Positions 15,301-25,295 of a DNA stretch of 64,000 nucleotides are shown here, piece after piece (the stretch's first letter is position 1; each line of letters opens with the position of its first letter). The translations under genes were made by a program, and so were the position numbers. Source of the DNA: Tubulanus polymorphus. Lineage: Eukaryota; Animalia; Nemertea. Location: contig NC_134030.1 in assembly GCF_964204645.1 (NCBI RefSeq), positions 1,285,355-1,349,354 of the forward strand. The letters run 5' to 3'. The notes under the pieces were generated by a model. The model saw only the letters and a list, made by a program, of their open reading frames with translations. It was not told the origin of the DNA and did no database searches.

Positions 15301-18300
15301 AGGGGTCGTATCTCTGGCTATCTACACATTCAGAGAATATTAACTAAAACCATAGGAAAGGGTCAAGCACTACTCCGAAAAAAAACTAATTTTATTTCCA
15401 AAAAATTATGATATTATATGGATTGCATGCTGTGTGGAAGAAGTTTTCAAAATTATTTAGGAGCTTATTATAATTTGAATGCATGAATTGAGAGCAATTT
15501 GAAATGTGTTGATATCCGAAAGTGTTTCCATTGACTTCACTCATTCACCTGATGAAGCTTCTATACATTAGTACCCAAAGCTTGTGTGTCAAATAAACTA
15601 GTTACACGTCCTATAAAGTACTACTTGTCTCGTTATATATTCTAAACCCCAGTTAACAATTCCAGTAAGTCAGGTTTAGGGAATAGATATTTAAACCTTG
15701 AGATGAAACCGATGTGATACAATTCCAGTAAGTCAGGTTTAGGGAATAGATATTTAAACCTTGAGATGATACCGATGTGATACAATTCCAGTAAGTCAGG
15801 TTTAGGGAATAGATATTTAAACCTTGAGATGAAACCGATGTGATACAATTCCAGTAAGTCAGGTTTAGGGAATAGATATTTAAACCTTGAGATGATACCG
15901 ATGTGATACAATTCCAGTAAGTCAGGTTTAGGGAATAGATATTTAAACCTTGAGATGAAACCGATGTGATACAATTCCAGTAAGTCAGGTTTAGGGAATA
16001 GATATTTAAACCTTGAGATGAAACCGATGTGATACAATTCCAGTAAGTCAGGTTTAGGGAATAGATATTTAAACCTTGAGATGATACCGATGTGATACAA
16101 TTCAAGTAAGTCAAGTTTAGGGAATAGATATTTAAACCTTGAGATGAAACCGATGTGATACAATTCCAGTAAGTCAGGTTTAGGGAATAGATATTTAAAC
16201 CTTGAGATGAAACCGATGTGATACAATCCCAGTAAGTCAGGTTTAGGGAATAGATATTTAAACCTTGAGATGAAACCGATGTGATACAATTCCAGTAAGT
16301 CAGGTTTAGGGAATAGATATTTAAACCTTGAGATGAAACCGATGTGATACAATTCCAGTAAGTCAGGTTTAGGGAATAGATATTTAAACCTTGAGATGAT
16401 ACCGATGTTATACAATTCCAGTAAGTCAGGTTTAGGGAATAGATATTTAAACCTTGAGATGAAACCGATGTGATACAATTCCAGTAAGTCAGGTTTAGGG
16501 AATAGATATTTAAACCTTCAGATGAAACCAATGTGATACAATTCCAGTAAGTCAAGTTTAGGGAATAGATATTTAAACCTTGAGATGAAACCGATGTGAT
16601 ACAATTCCAGTAAGTCAGGTTTAGGGAATAGATATTTAAACCTTGAGATTAAACCGATGTAATACAATTCCAGTAAGTCAGGTTTAGGGAATAGATATTT
16701 AAACCTTGAGATGAAACCGATGTGATACAATTCCAGTAAGTCAGGTTTAGGGAATAGATATTTAAACCTTGAGATGAAACCGATGTGATACAATTCCAGT
16801 AAGTCAGGTTTAGGGAATAGATATTTAAACCTTGAGATGAAACCGATGTGATACAATTCCAGTAAGTCAGGTTTAGGGAATAGATATTTAAACCTTCAGA
16901 TGAAACCGATGTGATACAATTCCAGTAAGTCAGGTTTAGGGAATAGATATTTAAACCTTGAGATGAAACCGATGTGATACAATTCCAGTAAGTCAGGTTT
17001 AGGGAATAGATATTTAAACCTTGAGATGAAACCGATGTGATACAATTCCAGTAAGTCAGGTTTAGGGAATAGATATTTAAACCTTTAGATGATACCGATG
17101 TGATACAATTCCAGTAAGTCAGGTTTAGGGAATAGATATTTAAACCTTCAGATGAAACCGATGTAATACAATTCCAGTAAGTCAGGTTTAGGGAATAGAT
17201 ATTTAAACCTTGAGGAATTTAGCAATTTTGAATGAATTAAACCAATATGAGATTTCGATCCTAAGAATATTGGAAGCTTGTGTTTAACGTTACTAAATAT
17301 TAATATTATATAAAGCTAGAAGGACACGAGGGTATCCATTTTTTTGCCCGATCGCGACGATTAAATTCGCTGGTGAATTTATACGCCCGATACGAGCGGG
17401 TACCGATCTATCTATAAATCGGCCGTCACGGTGATTTCGTCGCCCGCCGACATTAAACATGTTCGATATTTACGCCGGTGTTCGGGTCACTTGTTAATTC
17501 GCCCGTCTTGTCGGCAAGCTTAAAAAGATTTAGAAAAAACTAGAAATTCTCATTCCTGAATGAACTGGATTCATCTGGGTTCAGTTTCATGAGACACAGT
17601 TCAAACTGCTCTTGAATTTGAGTTTGTAATTAATGTATGTGATTATAATGAATTGTATTTTTGTTTTACAGCTTTGGCATTTCGGTTAAGTCGTGCGTTC
17701 CGGCGGGAGGAGTTCGTCAGAATATTTCTACCGGAGTGTAAGTAGTTTAACTATTTTCATACAATATCATTTAGTGTGACGTGTGTTACTGATTCAGGCA
17801 CGGATCCAGGAATGTTTCCAAGACGGGGTTCATAAAAATGCTGACTAAAATCTCTAATAATAGCCGGGGCCTATACGGCATATTTTTTGGCCAAACATAA
17901 GGCCTTTTTTTAATAGCATGGTTTGGTTGCTCCCAAAATTTGAAGAAACATAAAATAAAAAAGAATTAGAAAAAAAATTTTTTATTCCTGTCTGTGAAAC
18001 AAATTCAGTGAAAAACCGAGCAAAAAAGATTTTTCACCTCGGCCGAATGAGAATCCTGGATTGAACGATGAAACAATTGAAAAACGCGAGGTTCTTTTTT
18101 GATCGCAGTGTGCAGAATTCAAACTTTCCAAGAATCATTTGTTCGGACATATGTATATTGCCCTATTGACAGTTCCCTCTTCCTTCTAAAAGTGATTTTA
18201 TCTCACTGAGGGAATTTTTAAAAAATTTTCTCTGAAATGATATGGTAGCGTTTTTTTTTTTGCTTTAAAAATTTTTTGGTAGCCGATCAGCGGGGTCACG

Positions 18301-21274
18301 ACCCCTGAAACCCTCCCTGGATCCGCGCCTATGATATCTCCTCAAAATCTAATAAAAACTTTCAATGAATTAATGCTGTAATGACGATATGTAGCCATCT
18401 GTCTATTTGAATGCATTTGCAAAAAGACAAAAAGAAATAGTAGCAGAATTTTGGCTAAAAGTTTAGAATACCCAAATTCAACATTGCTTGCAGCAGACGG
18501 AATTTCCGCCATTTTGGTTAACAGGGGATTCCCCCCTCCGGTACTTCCCATGATCAATAGTGTCTATGACGCGTTGCGTACGGAATGCCATGGAATTCCC
18601 TCACATGATTTATGATAATAATGTTTACTTGCATTCTGATTGGTTAAAATCGCGTGTAGTTTGAACGTAGGCAATGTTTACATTTGTAACGTCACCGGCG
18701 AGTCGCTGACATTAACGTAGTCATTGAGTTAACATTATCTTGCACTGAATGGTGATATCAATCGCATTCATTTTATAAATATTTTGAATATGAATTTGTT
18801 TTTATATATCAACTGCGAGTAACAGTGTTACGCTATTGAGTCTTAAGAGACAGCCTTTATGGACCTTATTGGTTGTTATAACTCACAAGCTGACTGAGTT
18901 AGCATTCTGGATCCATCAGATTAGTTACTTCTAGAAAATATGTTAGTCACATTTTCTGACTATATTCTGGAAAACAGTGGAAGCTTGTATCCACCCTAGA
19001 TTAGAACCAATCAGAATAGAACCAATCAGAATACACTATTTTACAGAAAATATATTTATGACAATTGCGTAAGGTTTTAGTAAAATAGTGTTTTTTCTCG
19101 AGTAGTTGCCGAAGAAGCATAAAAATTTGATTCAATTTCATTCAGATTTAAACAAACAAATCGAATTTCATTTCATTCAGCGCAAACTTCAAATCTAATT
19201 AAAATTTTGTTCAGTATGAATAAGTTGCAAATCATTGAGAGGAAAAAATAATTAATTGTGTTACTTTACAATCACAATTGTACTGTGTTTATCAAAACAG
19301 GAGACCACAGGACCTTTGGTCCTCTAGTATTCTTTTCCTAGTTATTCCAAAAACACTAAAACAGTCCAATCAGCGATCGCTGCCAGACCAACACGATTAC
19401 ATTGAAATCAAATTTAAGTAACATCAGGCGCCCCCTGTTGGAATAATATTCATAGCCGTAGCATCGAAACCATTCGACTTGTTGTTTAATGTATTTCTCT
19501 CTATTTTTATTTTACAGTGATGAACATTTTACAAGACTGTCCGTTTGGGGACTTGGTGGGGGAATTCAAAAGAAACTTGGTTCCCGATAGGATACCACCA
19601 CCGGTTAATCCTATGTCGCCCGCTGCTGCCCCTCCCCCACGTCCATTAAATTCGCCTCAGCAGCGGCCTGTCAGACAGCCGCCCCCGGCCGCCACTCGTT
19701 CGTCAGACAGAGTCCGGGGACGGCTGTTTGAAGGAGATCTGACGGAGGTAAGAATCTTTATTTGTTTTCATATTTTATTCAGGATATCAGTTGAAGTTCA
19801 GCAAATAAATTACCAGACCTGTAAACAGAAGAGTAGTCATAAATTTCCATTTGCGGGTAAAACCCCATAGTCGAAAACCTTCGGTTATTGATCTATATCT
19901 GCTTAAGACCAATGGTTGTACACACGAGTGCGAAAACTTATCGCTCAAACTTTGATTGTATCCATGGTAACGCGTACAGTATACTATGCGTGACTTACCG
20001 TTTTCTATCACTGGAATACAATACTGTTTTTGACCATGAGTGCCATCTGCGGCGGTCATAACGGACTGACTGGTGATTGGCTGAAATGCTCGTCTACCGT
20101 GGTGACGATTATTCGGTGTTACACGTGCAGCAGACACGTCCCTGAATATCTAACATTTGATTGTTGTAACTCATCGGGAAAAATATGTTTATGAGTCGAT
20201 TTTTTGTCGAAATTTTGTTCGGCAGAAAATTGGCTGCGTACGTCAAGAAGGCGGCTGATATTTGTATCGTGTGACCCCTCGTCCCGGTAATATGCCGACC
20301 CACGTACACCTGAGACCAGTTGCATAGTCAGAGCTTAGAATTAAGACCGTTTTAAGACCAACTTAGTTCTATAGCCAATCTAATAACTTAAGACCAGTCT
20401 TTAGATTTAAGACCACTTTTGGACTTAAGTCTTGACCATGGAATCGGCCCCAGATGCTTATTCCGCTGTATTGGATGCTGACGTGCTCGTGTCTTCCAGC
20501 AATGTTGTTATTCACCAAAAATATCATGTTTTGTTCGAATAACACAATTCATCTGAGTCTGGGTTTAACGGATGACACGTTCAAACAGAACTACAAAATC
20601 AATATCAGAAGTCCTTTTATATTGAAACGGTCCCAGAAGTCCCTGTTATAATGGGTACTTTTTCAAAAAAAGTAACGAGAACTCCGATGGCTTTCCGTAT
20701 CGGTAAAAACTAACTATTTCTATGAGCGTCACTCGTAGATTTACCGAAACGCCACCTTGTGACACGATATCCTAACTACGTATAGGTGTTTTATTTGCTG
20801 AATCGCTGGTTTCTCATTCTCATTTTTTAAACTTGTGTTTAATTTTATACTAAACAAATTTTTCACTTTTTCTCTTTACAGACACGACCACCGCCAAAAA
20901 AAACTAGAACAAAAAGGAAAAGAAAAGTTGCGGTCGTCGTGGCTCCGCAGGGAGGAGGAGCAAGAGTGGTCCCGGCGGATGGTGCGGCTGACGAAGGTAA
21001 TCGGGAGGAAGGGGAGGGGATAAATAGGAAGCGGCCGAGGAGGGATGGTGGTGGGGCTGGGGATGGTGCGGGTCCTGCTCCTCCTGCTCCTCCATCCGTA
21101 TCTCGGGCGGTCACTCGTTCACTCGCCAAAAAGCTGGCGAGTGAACGAGTGGCCCGAGAGGTAGAGGTGGTGGCCCGACATACGGATGGAATGTGGGAGG
21201 AGCGGCTTCGTTCGGGGACAATTCCGGATTTGTTAACTGATTTAAAAAATATTCTTTCAGTGAAGGGATATTAG
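5078..21274 (+). CDS. Gene A: 9-exon orphan gene, 341 aa, mostly disordered, probably nuclear. Exons 5078-5140, 6304-6387, 6798-6836, 7213-7239, 9101-9139, 9350-9434, 17672-17737, 19518-19747, 20882-21274
   Basis: Every exon has a pyrimidine-rich YAG acceptor and every internal one a GTAAG(T/A) donor. Intron phases 0,0,0,0,0,1,1,0 join into a 1026-nt stop-free frame: MPKAMKKTRGAGPSTSSPYNK|GTAQ15KFDISMSGID|FLPTTPPSGTSTP|DLSPIQHVD|RQFASQARSPSLN|LSNNS10APLPPETPPDLQAR|TLAFRLSRAFRREEFVRIFLPE|LMNILQDCPFGDLVGEFKRNLVPDRIPPP...LFEGDLTE|TRPPPKKTRTKRKRK...LKNILSVKGY*. Paralogous minus-strand exons keep the same boundaries. Confidence 0.8.
5206..5312. mobile_element. PIF/Harbinger-type MITE
   Basis: TIRs GGTCCAGTTTCACAAA / TTTGTGAAACTAGGCC, flanked by CTG...CTG 3-bp TSD (5203-05, 5313-15). 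Confidence 0.7.
5891..6035. mobile_element. Tc1/mariner-type MITE
   Basis: TA|CAGCAGACTC ... GAGTCTACTG|TA: TIRs with TA TSD. Confidence 0.65.
8735..8953. mobile_element. hAT-like MITE in intron 4; partial inverted copy at ~50686-50885
   Basis: TIRs CAGGTCCGTAGC / GCTACGTTCCTG; TSD not clean. Confidence 0.55.
11215..12422. mobile_element. Non-autonomous DNA transposon, hAT5-like (5-bp TSD)
   Basis: Termini CAGGGTTC...GAACCCTG, exact TSD CTGAA at 11210-14 and 12423-27, subterminal GCTTGAAA repeats. Confidence 0.8.
11676..12137. mobile_element. MITE nested inside the hAT5-like element
   Basis: TIRs GGCCATCCAAAAAT..TCTGTTTGCCGT / ACGGCAAAACAGA..ATTTGGGATGGCC; left flank TTA. Confidence 0.65.
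12834..13031 (+). repeat. 35-bp tandem repeat, ~5.5 copies
   Basis: CGAGGGACCGTTTAGGAAGTTCACGTCTTTCACGT at 12871, 12906, 12941. Confidence 0.95.
13120..13857 (+). mobile_element. Non-autonomous Helentron/HINE-like element with ~156-160-bp internal tandem cores
   Basis: 3-4 copies of GATGAGCCTTATTGTTTTTGACATATATAGGTCATCCAAGATGGCCGCC; ends ...ATCTAGTT. Family call is by architecture only. Confidence 0.5.
14340..15330 (+). pseudogene. Decayed DIRS-type retrotransposon reverse transcriptase
   Basis: Motifs in order across frameshifts and stops: PVRGCL (cf. PVGGRL), LAKKRAIEPV..GWFS*IFMLLKTTG, G*WAASLDLKD, QVPIHP..QFQFRSLPVGLSTA, LVYLDDWL. Confidence 0.85.
14860..15006. mobile_element. Harbinger-type MITE inserted in the DIRS RT
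   Basis: CAG|GGCTGGGTTTCATAGA ... TCTATGAAACCGGGTC|CTG; separates the LPVGLS and YLDD motifs. Confidence 0.6.
15657..17213 (+). repeat. 63-bp tandem satellite, ~25 copies, in intron 6
   Basis: ACAATTCCAGTAAGTCAGGTTTAGGGAATAGATATTTAAACCTTGAGATGAAACCGATGTGAT, period 63 (15661, 15724). Confidence 0.97.
17795..18333. mobile_element. hAT-like MITE in intron 7
   Basis: TIRs CAGGCACGGATCCAGG / CCTGGATCCGCGCCT; absent from the paralogous intron near 46745. Confidence 0.7.
20313..20450. mobile_element. Harbinger-type MITE in intron 8
   Basis: Imperfect TIRs AGACCAGTTGCATAGTCA / TGACCATGGAATCGGCCC with CWG flanks. Confidence 0.5.
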
Positions 21275-21894
21275 GTGCCTTGAACGCATGAGTCGTTCAT
21301 GCGCGCCTAATATGCCTTCACTGAAAAAAAATCAACTATAACATGTACCACATATTTTTTGATTTAATATTAGTCCAATTCCACAATTATTTCGGCTTTC
21401 AATAGTGTCTTCAATTCTTTAAAGCCCAAAGCACCTTTTTGACTCAACATCCAGTATGAAGGTGGCCGGGAATCGGGCCTGTTTTCTTCCATTTTTGTAT
21501 CCCGCCCAGCATACTGGTTGTTGACTCGAAAAGGTGCTCGCTCTGGGAGCTTATCAAAGGCAGGTGATGGGAAAGGTGCCATCACACACTCTCCTTTGAT
21601 AAGTTTCCTAGAGTGTCACGGGCTTTAACGGGTTGAATTCACTATAATACCAATTTTCCAAAATCAATTTAATTTCTTTCAGGCCATTCTTTTTCCATGT
21701 TTTTCTGGTACATGTTATGGTTGATTTCCATTTTCGAAAATCCGGAATTGAAGCCGTTCGAAGTCGGGGGGATGGTGGTGGGGTTGGGTTAGTTTAGGGT
21801 TCCTCTCTGATTACCTTCTTTAGCTCATCATCCGTGCAGGTGGCGCTTGCTCTTCTAGCCGGTGTTCCCTGGGGTAAACATTTTAAATTTAAAA

Positions 21895-22380
21895 AATCAA
21901 AAATAAAAAAAAAATTATAAAATCTTTAAAAATCTCATCTCATTTCATCCAATTCATTTATTTGCGGGTGCGATCCCTATCGCACCCATTCATGTCATTC
22001 ATCCAAAAAAAATAAAAAACTAAAAACGAAAAAAAAATATTAAAATTAAAAAATCTCATCTCATTTCATCCAATTTATTTGCGGGTGCGATTCCTATCGC
22101 ACCCATTCATGTCATTCATCCAAAAAAAAATAAAAAACTAAAAACGAAAAAAAAATATAAAAATTAAAAAATCTCATCTCATTTCATCCAATTTATTTAT
22201 TTGCGGGTGCGATTCCTATCGCACCCATTCATGTCATTCATCAAAAAAAAATTAAAACTAAAAACGAAAAAAAATATAAAAATTAAAAAAATCTCATCTC
22301 ATTTCATCCAATTTATTTATTTGCGGGTGCGATTCCTATCGCACCCATTCATGTCATTCATCCAAAAAAAATTTAAAAAC
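21895..22380 (+). repeat. ~120-bp tandem repeat x4, each with a 9-bp-stem hairpin
   Basis: GGGTGCGAT-TCCT-ATCGCACCC between A-rich tracts. Confidence 0.9.
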
Positions 22381-22634
22381 TAGAAATTAAAGTTCTAAGT
22401 TTGTTGTTAGATTCTATTGAAAGAACGTTGTAAAGTTCTTAATTTGTCGTAAAAAACGTTAGAAAAAAAGAACTTCTTAAAGTTCTCAATCTGCCGTAAA
22501 ATGCAATTGAAAAGATTATAACTCACATGAAAATTAAAAAGATAAAATAATTGATAAATAATCATTAATAAAAATTGAACTTTGGTCTCGCAATGTTTCC
22601 CCGTTATGCATTTTTTACTCGTCGTCAAACATCG

Positions 22635-23230
22635 GCAGCTCATCGTCGATACTCGCAGCTCGATACACACCAGCAGCTTGTCGTCGATACACACCAGCAG
22701 CTCGATACACACCAGCAGCTTGTCGTCGATACTCACCAGCAGCTCGATACACACCAGCAGTTCGTCATCGATACACACCAGCAGTTCGTCGTCGATACAC
22801 ACCAGCAGCTCGATACACACCAGCAGTTCGTCATCTATACACACCAGCAGTTTGTCGTCGATACACACCAGCAGTTCGTCGTCGATACACACCAGCAGTT
22901 CGTCGTCGATACACACCAGCAGTTGGATACACACCAACAGCTCGATACTCAGCAGCAGTTTGATACACACCAGCAGCTCTTCGATACATACCAGCAGTTC
23001 GTCGTCGATACACACCAGAAGCTCGATACACACCAGCAGCTCGTCGTCGATACACACCAGCAGTTCGTCGTCGATACACACCAGCAGCTCGTCGTCGATA
23101 CACACCAGCCGCTCGATACTCACAGCTCGATACACACCAGCAGCTCGTCGATACACACCAGCAGCTCGATACTCACCAGCAGCTCGATACACACCAGCAG
23201 CTCGTCGTCGATACACACCAGCAGCTTGAT
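22635..23230 (+). repeat. 18/21/24-bp minisatellite (CAGCAGCTC[GTCGTC]GATACACAC)
   Basis: Direct reading; unit lengths divisible by 3 explain the overlapping ORFs. Confidence 0.95.
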
Positions 23231-24204
23231 ACCAAAACAGCTTTTAGCTGGTGAAAACCTACCCCCCATCGGGGTTAAACATGATCAAGCTATTATTCTA
23301 GGAATATAACTGTTGCAAGGGAAGTTAAGATTCATTATATCCTAAACTTGATACAAAGAGATTATTGCTAATTATGAATTTCAAGGGTTTAAAAACTGAT
23401 TTAAAAATCTTGAAAGACGCTCGGTCTCACTAGAGATTTTCATCTTAAAGATTTATTGTCCTCTTACTATTGTTTAGGTGATCTATAATTTGGTAAATGC
23501 TGCTGTTGGAAAGATGCCAGAAGAAAGTTGATTCGTGCACATCTTCACTTCACGTATTTATTGCACAAGGCGCCGACTTGCACCTGCACTACACCATTCA
23601 CACTTCACCACTTCTGCACCTTTATCAATTAATTCTGGCATCTATTTGAAAATTACTTTAAACATCAGATCTCAAACTGAAACATTGAGGTATTGAATTT
23701 CAAACTGAAATATCGAGCTATCGAATCTCGATCTCAAATGTTTACTGGAAGCCATATTTGATGTTGTATTATTCATCATAGATTGTTTAGTGTTTTCTGG
23801 CATATGCGGGCCATTTAAGATGGTCAGATAAATTCCCCGGTGGAAAATATATCTCGTGGAAGAGTCATGGAAATGAAAAATATCTTATGTAGATGTGAAG
23901 TTAGGAACCTTGCAACAGTTATTCCACCTGAGGATAATTTGATATAAGATGAATCAGTTATTGGATCATTTAACTGAAGCCAAATATAGTGAAAAATCTT
24001 AGTAAAAATTTGTCTCGAACTACAATTGAAAGGACTTATCACAGTTCTAATTCGACTCTAGGTGCGTTCAGAAGAACTTCTTAACAGTGAAAAAACTTGA
24101 CTAAAAATCAGGAATCGACCCTGTTCATTGATAAGATTTGATCTTTATTTGAAGATTAAGAATCAAACTCGCTAATTCACAATTTTTGGTAGTAAATACT
24201 GTTG

Positions 24205-24410
24205 ATCCATCATATTCGCAGCCCCCCGTGGGCTTACCAATCCATCATACGTGCAGCCACTTTGCGCTTACCAGTCTATCATACTCGCAGCCCCAGTGGG
24301 CTTTTCGATCCATCATACGTGCAGCCCCCGTGGGCTTACCAGTCCATCATACTCGCAGCCCCAGTGGGCTTATCAATCCATCATACGCGCAGCCCCCTTG
24401 GGCTTATCAA
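24205..24410 (+). repeat. ~34-bp degenerate tandem repeat, ~6 copies
   Basis: ATCCATCATAC(G/T)(T/C)GCAGCCCCCGTGGGCTTACCA. Confidence 0.85.
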
Positions 24411-25295
24411 TGAGAAACATTCAGACATAGTAACCGTTTTACTCGTGCTTTTCAACGACACCGTCTTATCACTCTGTAGAACGGCGATCGCAGCGTGAAA
24501 TTTGTAATCGTATTTCTCCGCTGAATTTGAATATTTGATACGCGACGCGCGTGATTGAAGCTTTGTTTATGTTCGTGCTTGCCGCGATGAATTGTCATAA
24601 ATATATCCTCCGTACAGGAGGACCATGAAAAGGTTTGAAGGGATCCCTAGTTAGCGCTTGTCCAGGTTTGGCTCTGGACCCGCTTGTTCGACTAGGCATC
24701 TTGTTGGAAATTTTGTCGACTGAAACTTCCGTAACTTTCGTTTTAGACCTCGCTGCTCGAAGAGCCGTTGCTGCGTCGGTTACTGTCATGCTTCGGCACA
24801 ATTTTGAACGATTGTTGGAAACCGCCTTGTTCTTCTGCTGCAGATGTTGACTGTGTCGTACCCACAGTAAAGTAGCCATCTTAAATTCAAATAGTTTCGG
24901 ACATTTGAGGTCCTCATCAACTCCGAGTCTTCATTCAACTGCAGTTACTGCCATTTGCCAGTGTCTGATGTAGAAGTTCTGACTTGACATTTTGATTTTC
25001 AGAATTAAGACCTTTTTTCTATTAAAGAAATTAGATATTGGTTAAAAAGAAATTAGATATTGGTTAAAAAACAAGTGAATAATTGTTTGTAAGAAAAAAG
25101 AAAATCATGTTAGAAAAAAATATAGATGTAAAAAAATATAGATGTAAGAAAAAAAAAGTATATTGTAAATCGACGAGACGACAGAACCAGCATCAGCAAC
25201 AACAACATCAGAGGAAGCAGTAACCAGTTATTTATCAGCTCCATAAATTACTGAAACGAAATCCACAACTCGGAAACCAACCACACTCAACTCTA

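Noticed and set aside
15642-16856. 278/300/112-aa ORFs with LRR-like 21-aa periodicity
   Set aside because: Artefact of a 63-bp satellite open in two frames at once; no unique flanking coding sequence.
22407-23309. Overlapping 215-269-aa ORFs on both strands
   Set aside because: Produced by an 18/21/24-bp minisatellite; open in several frames.
24595-24990. Minus-strand frame (one stop) as a possible tyrosine-recombinase relic
   Set aside because: No convincing catalytic motif recognised; left unannotated.
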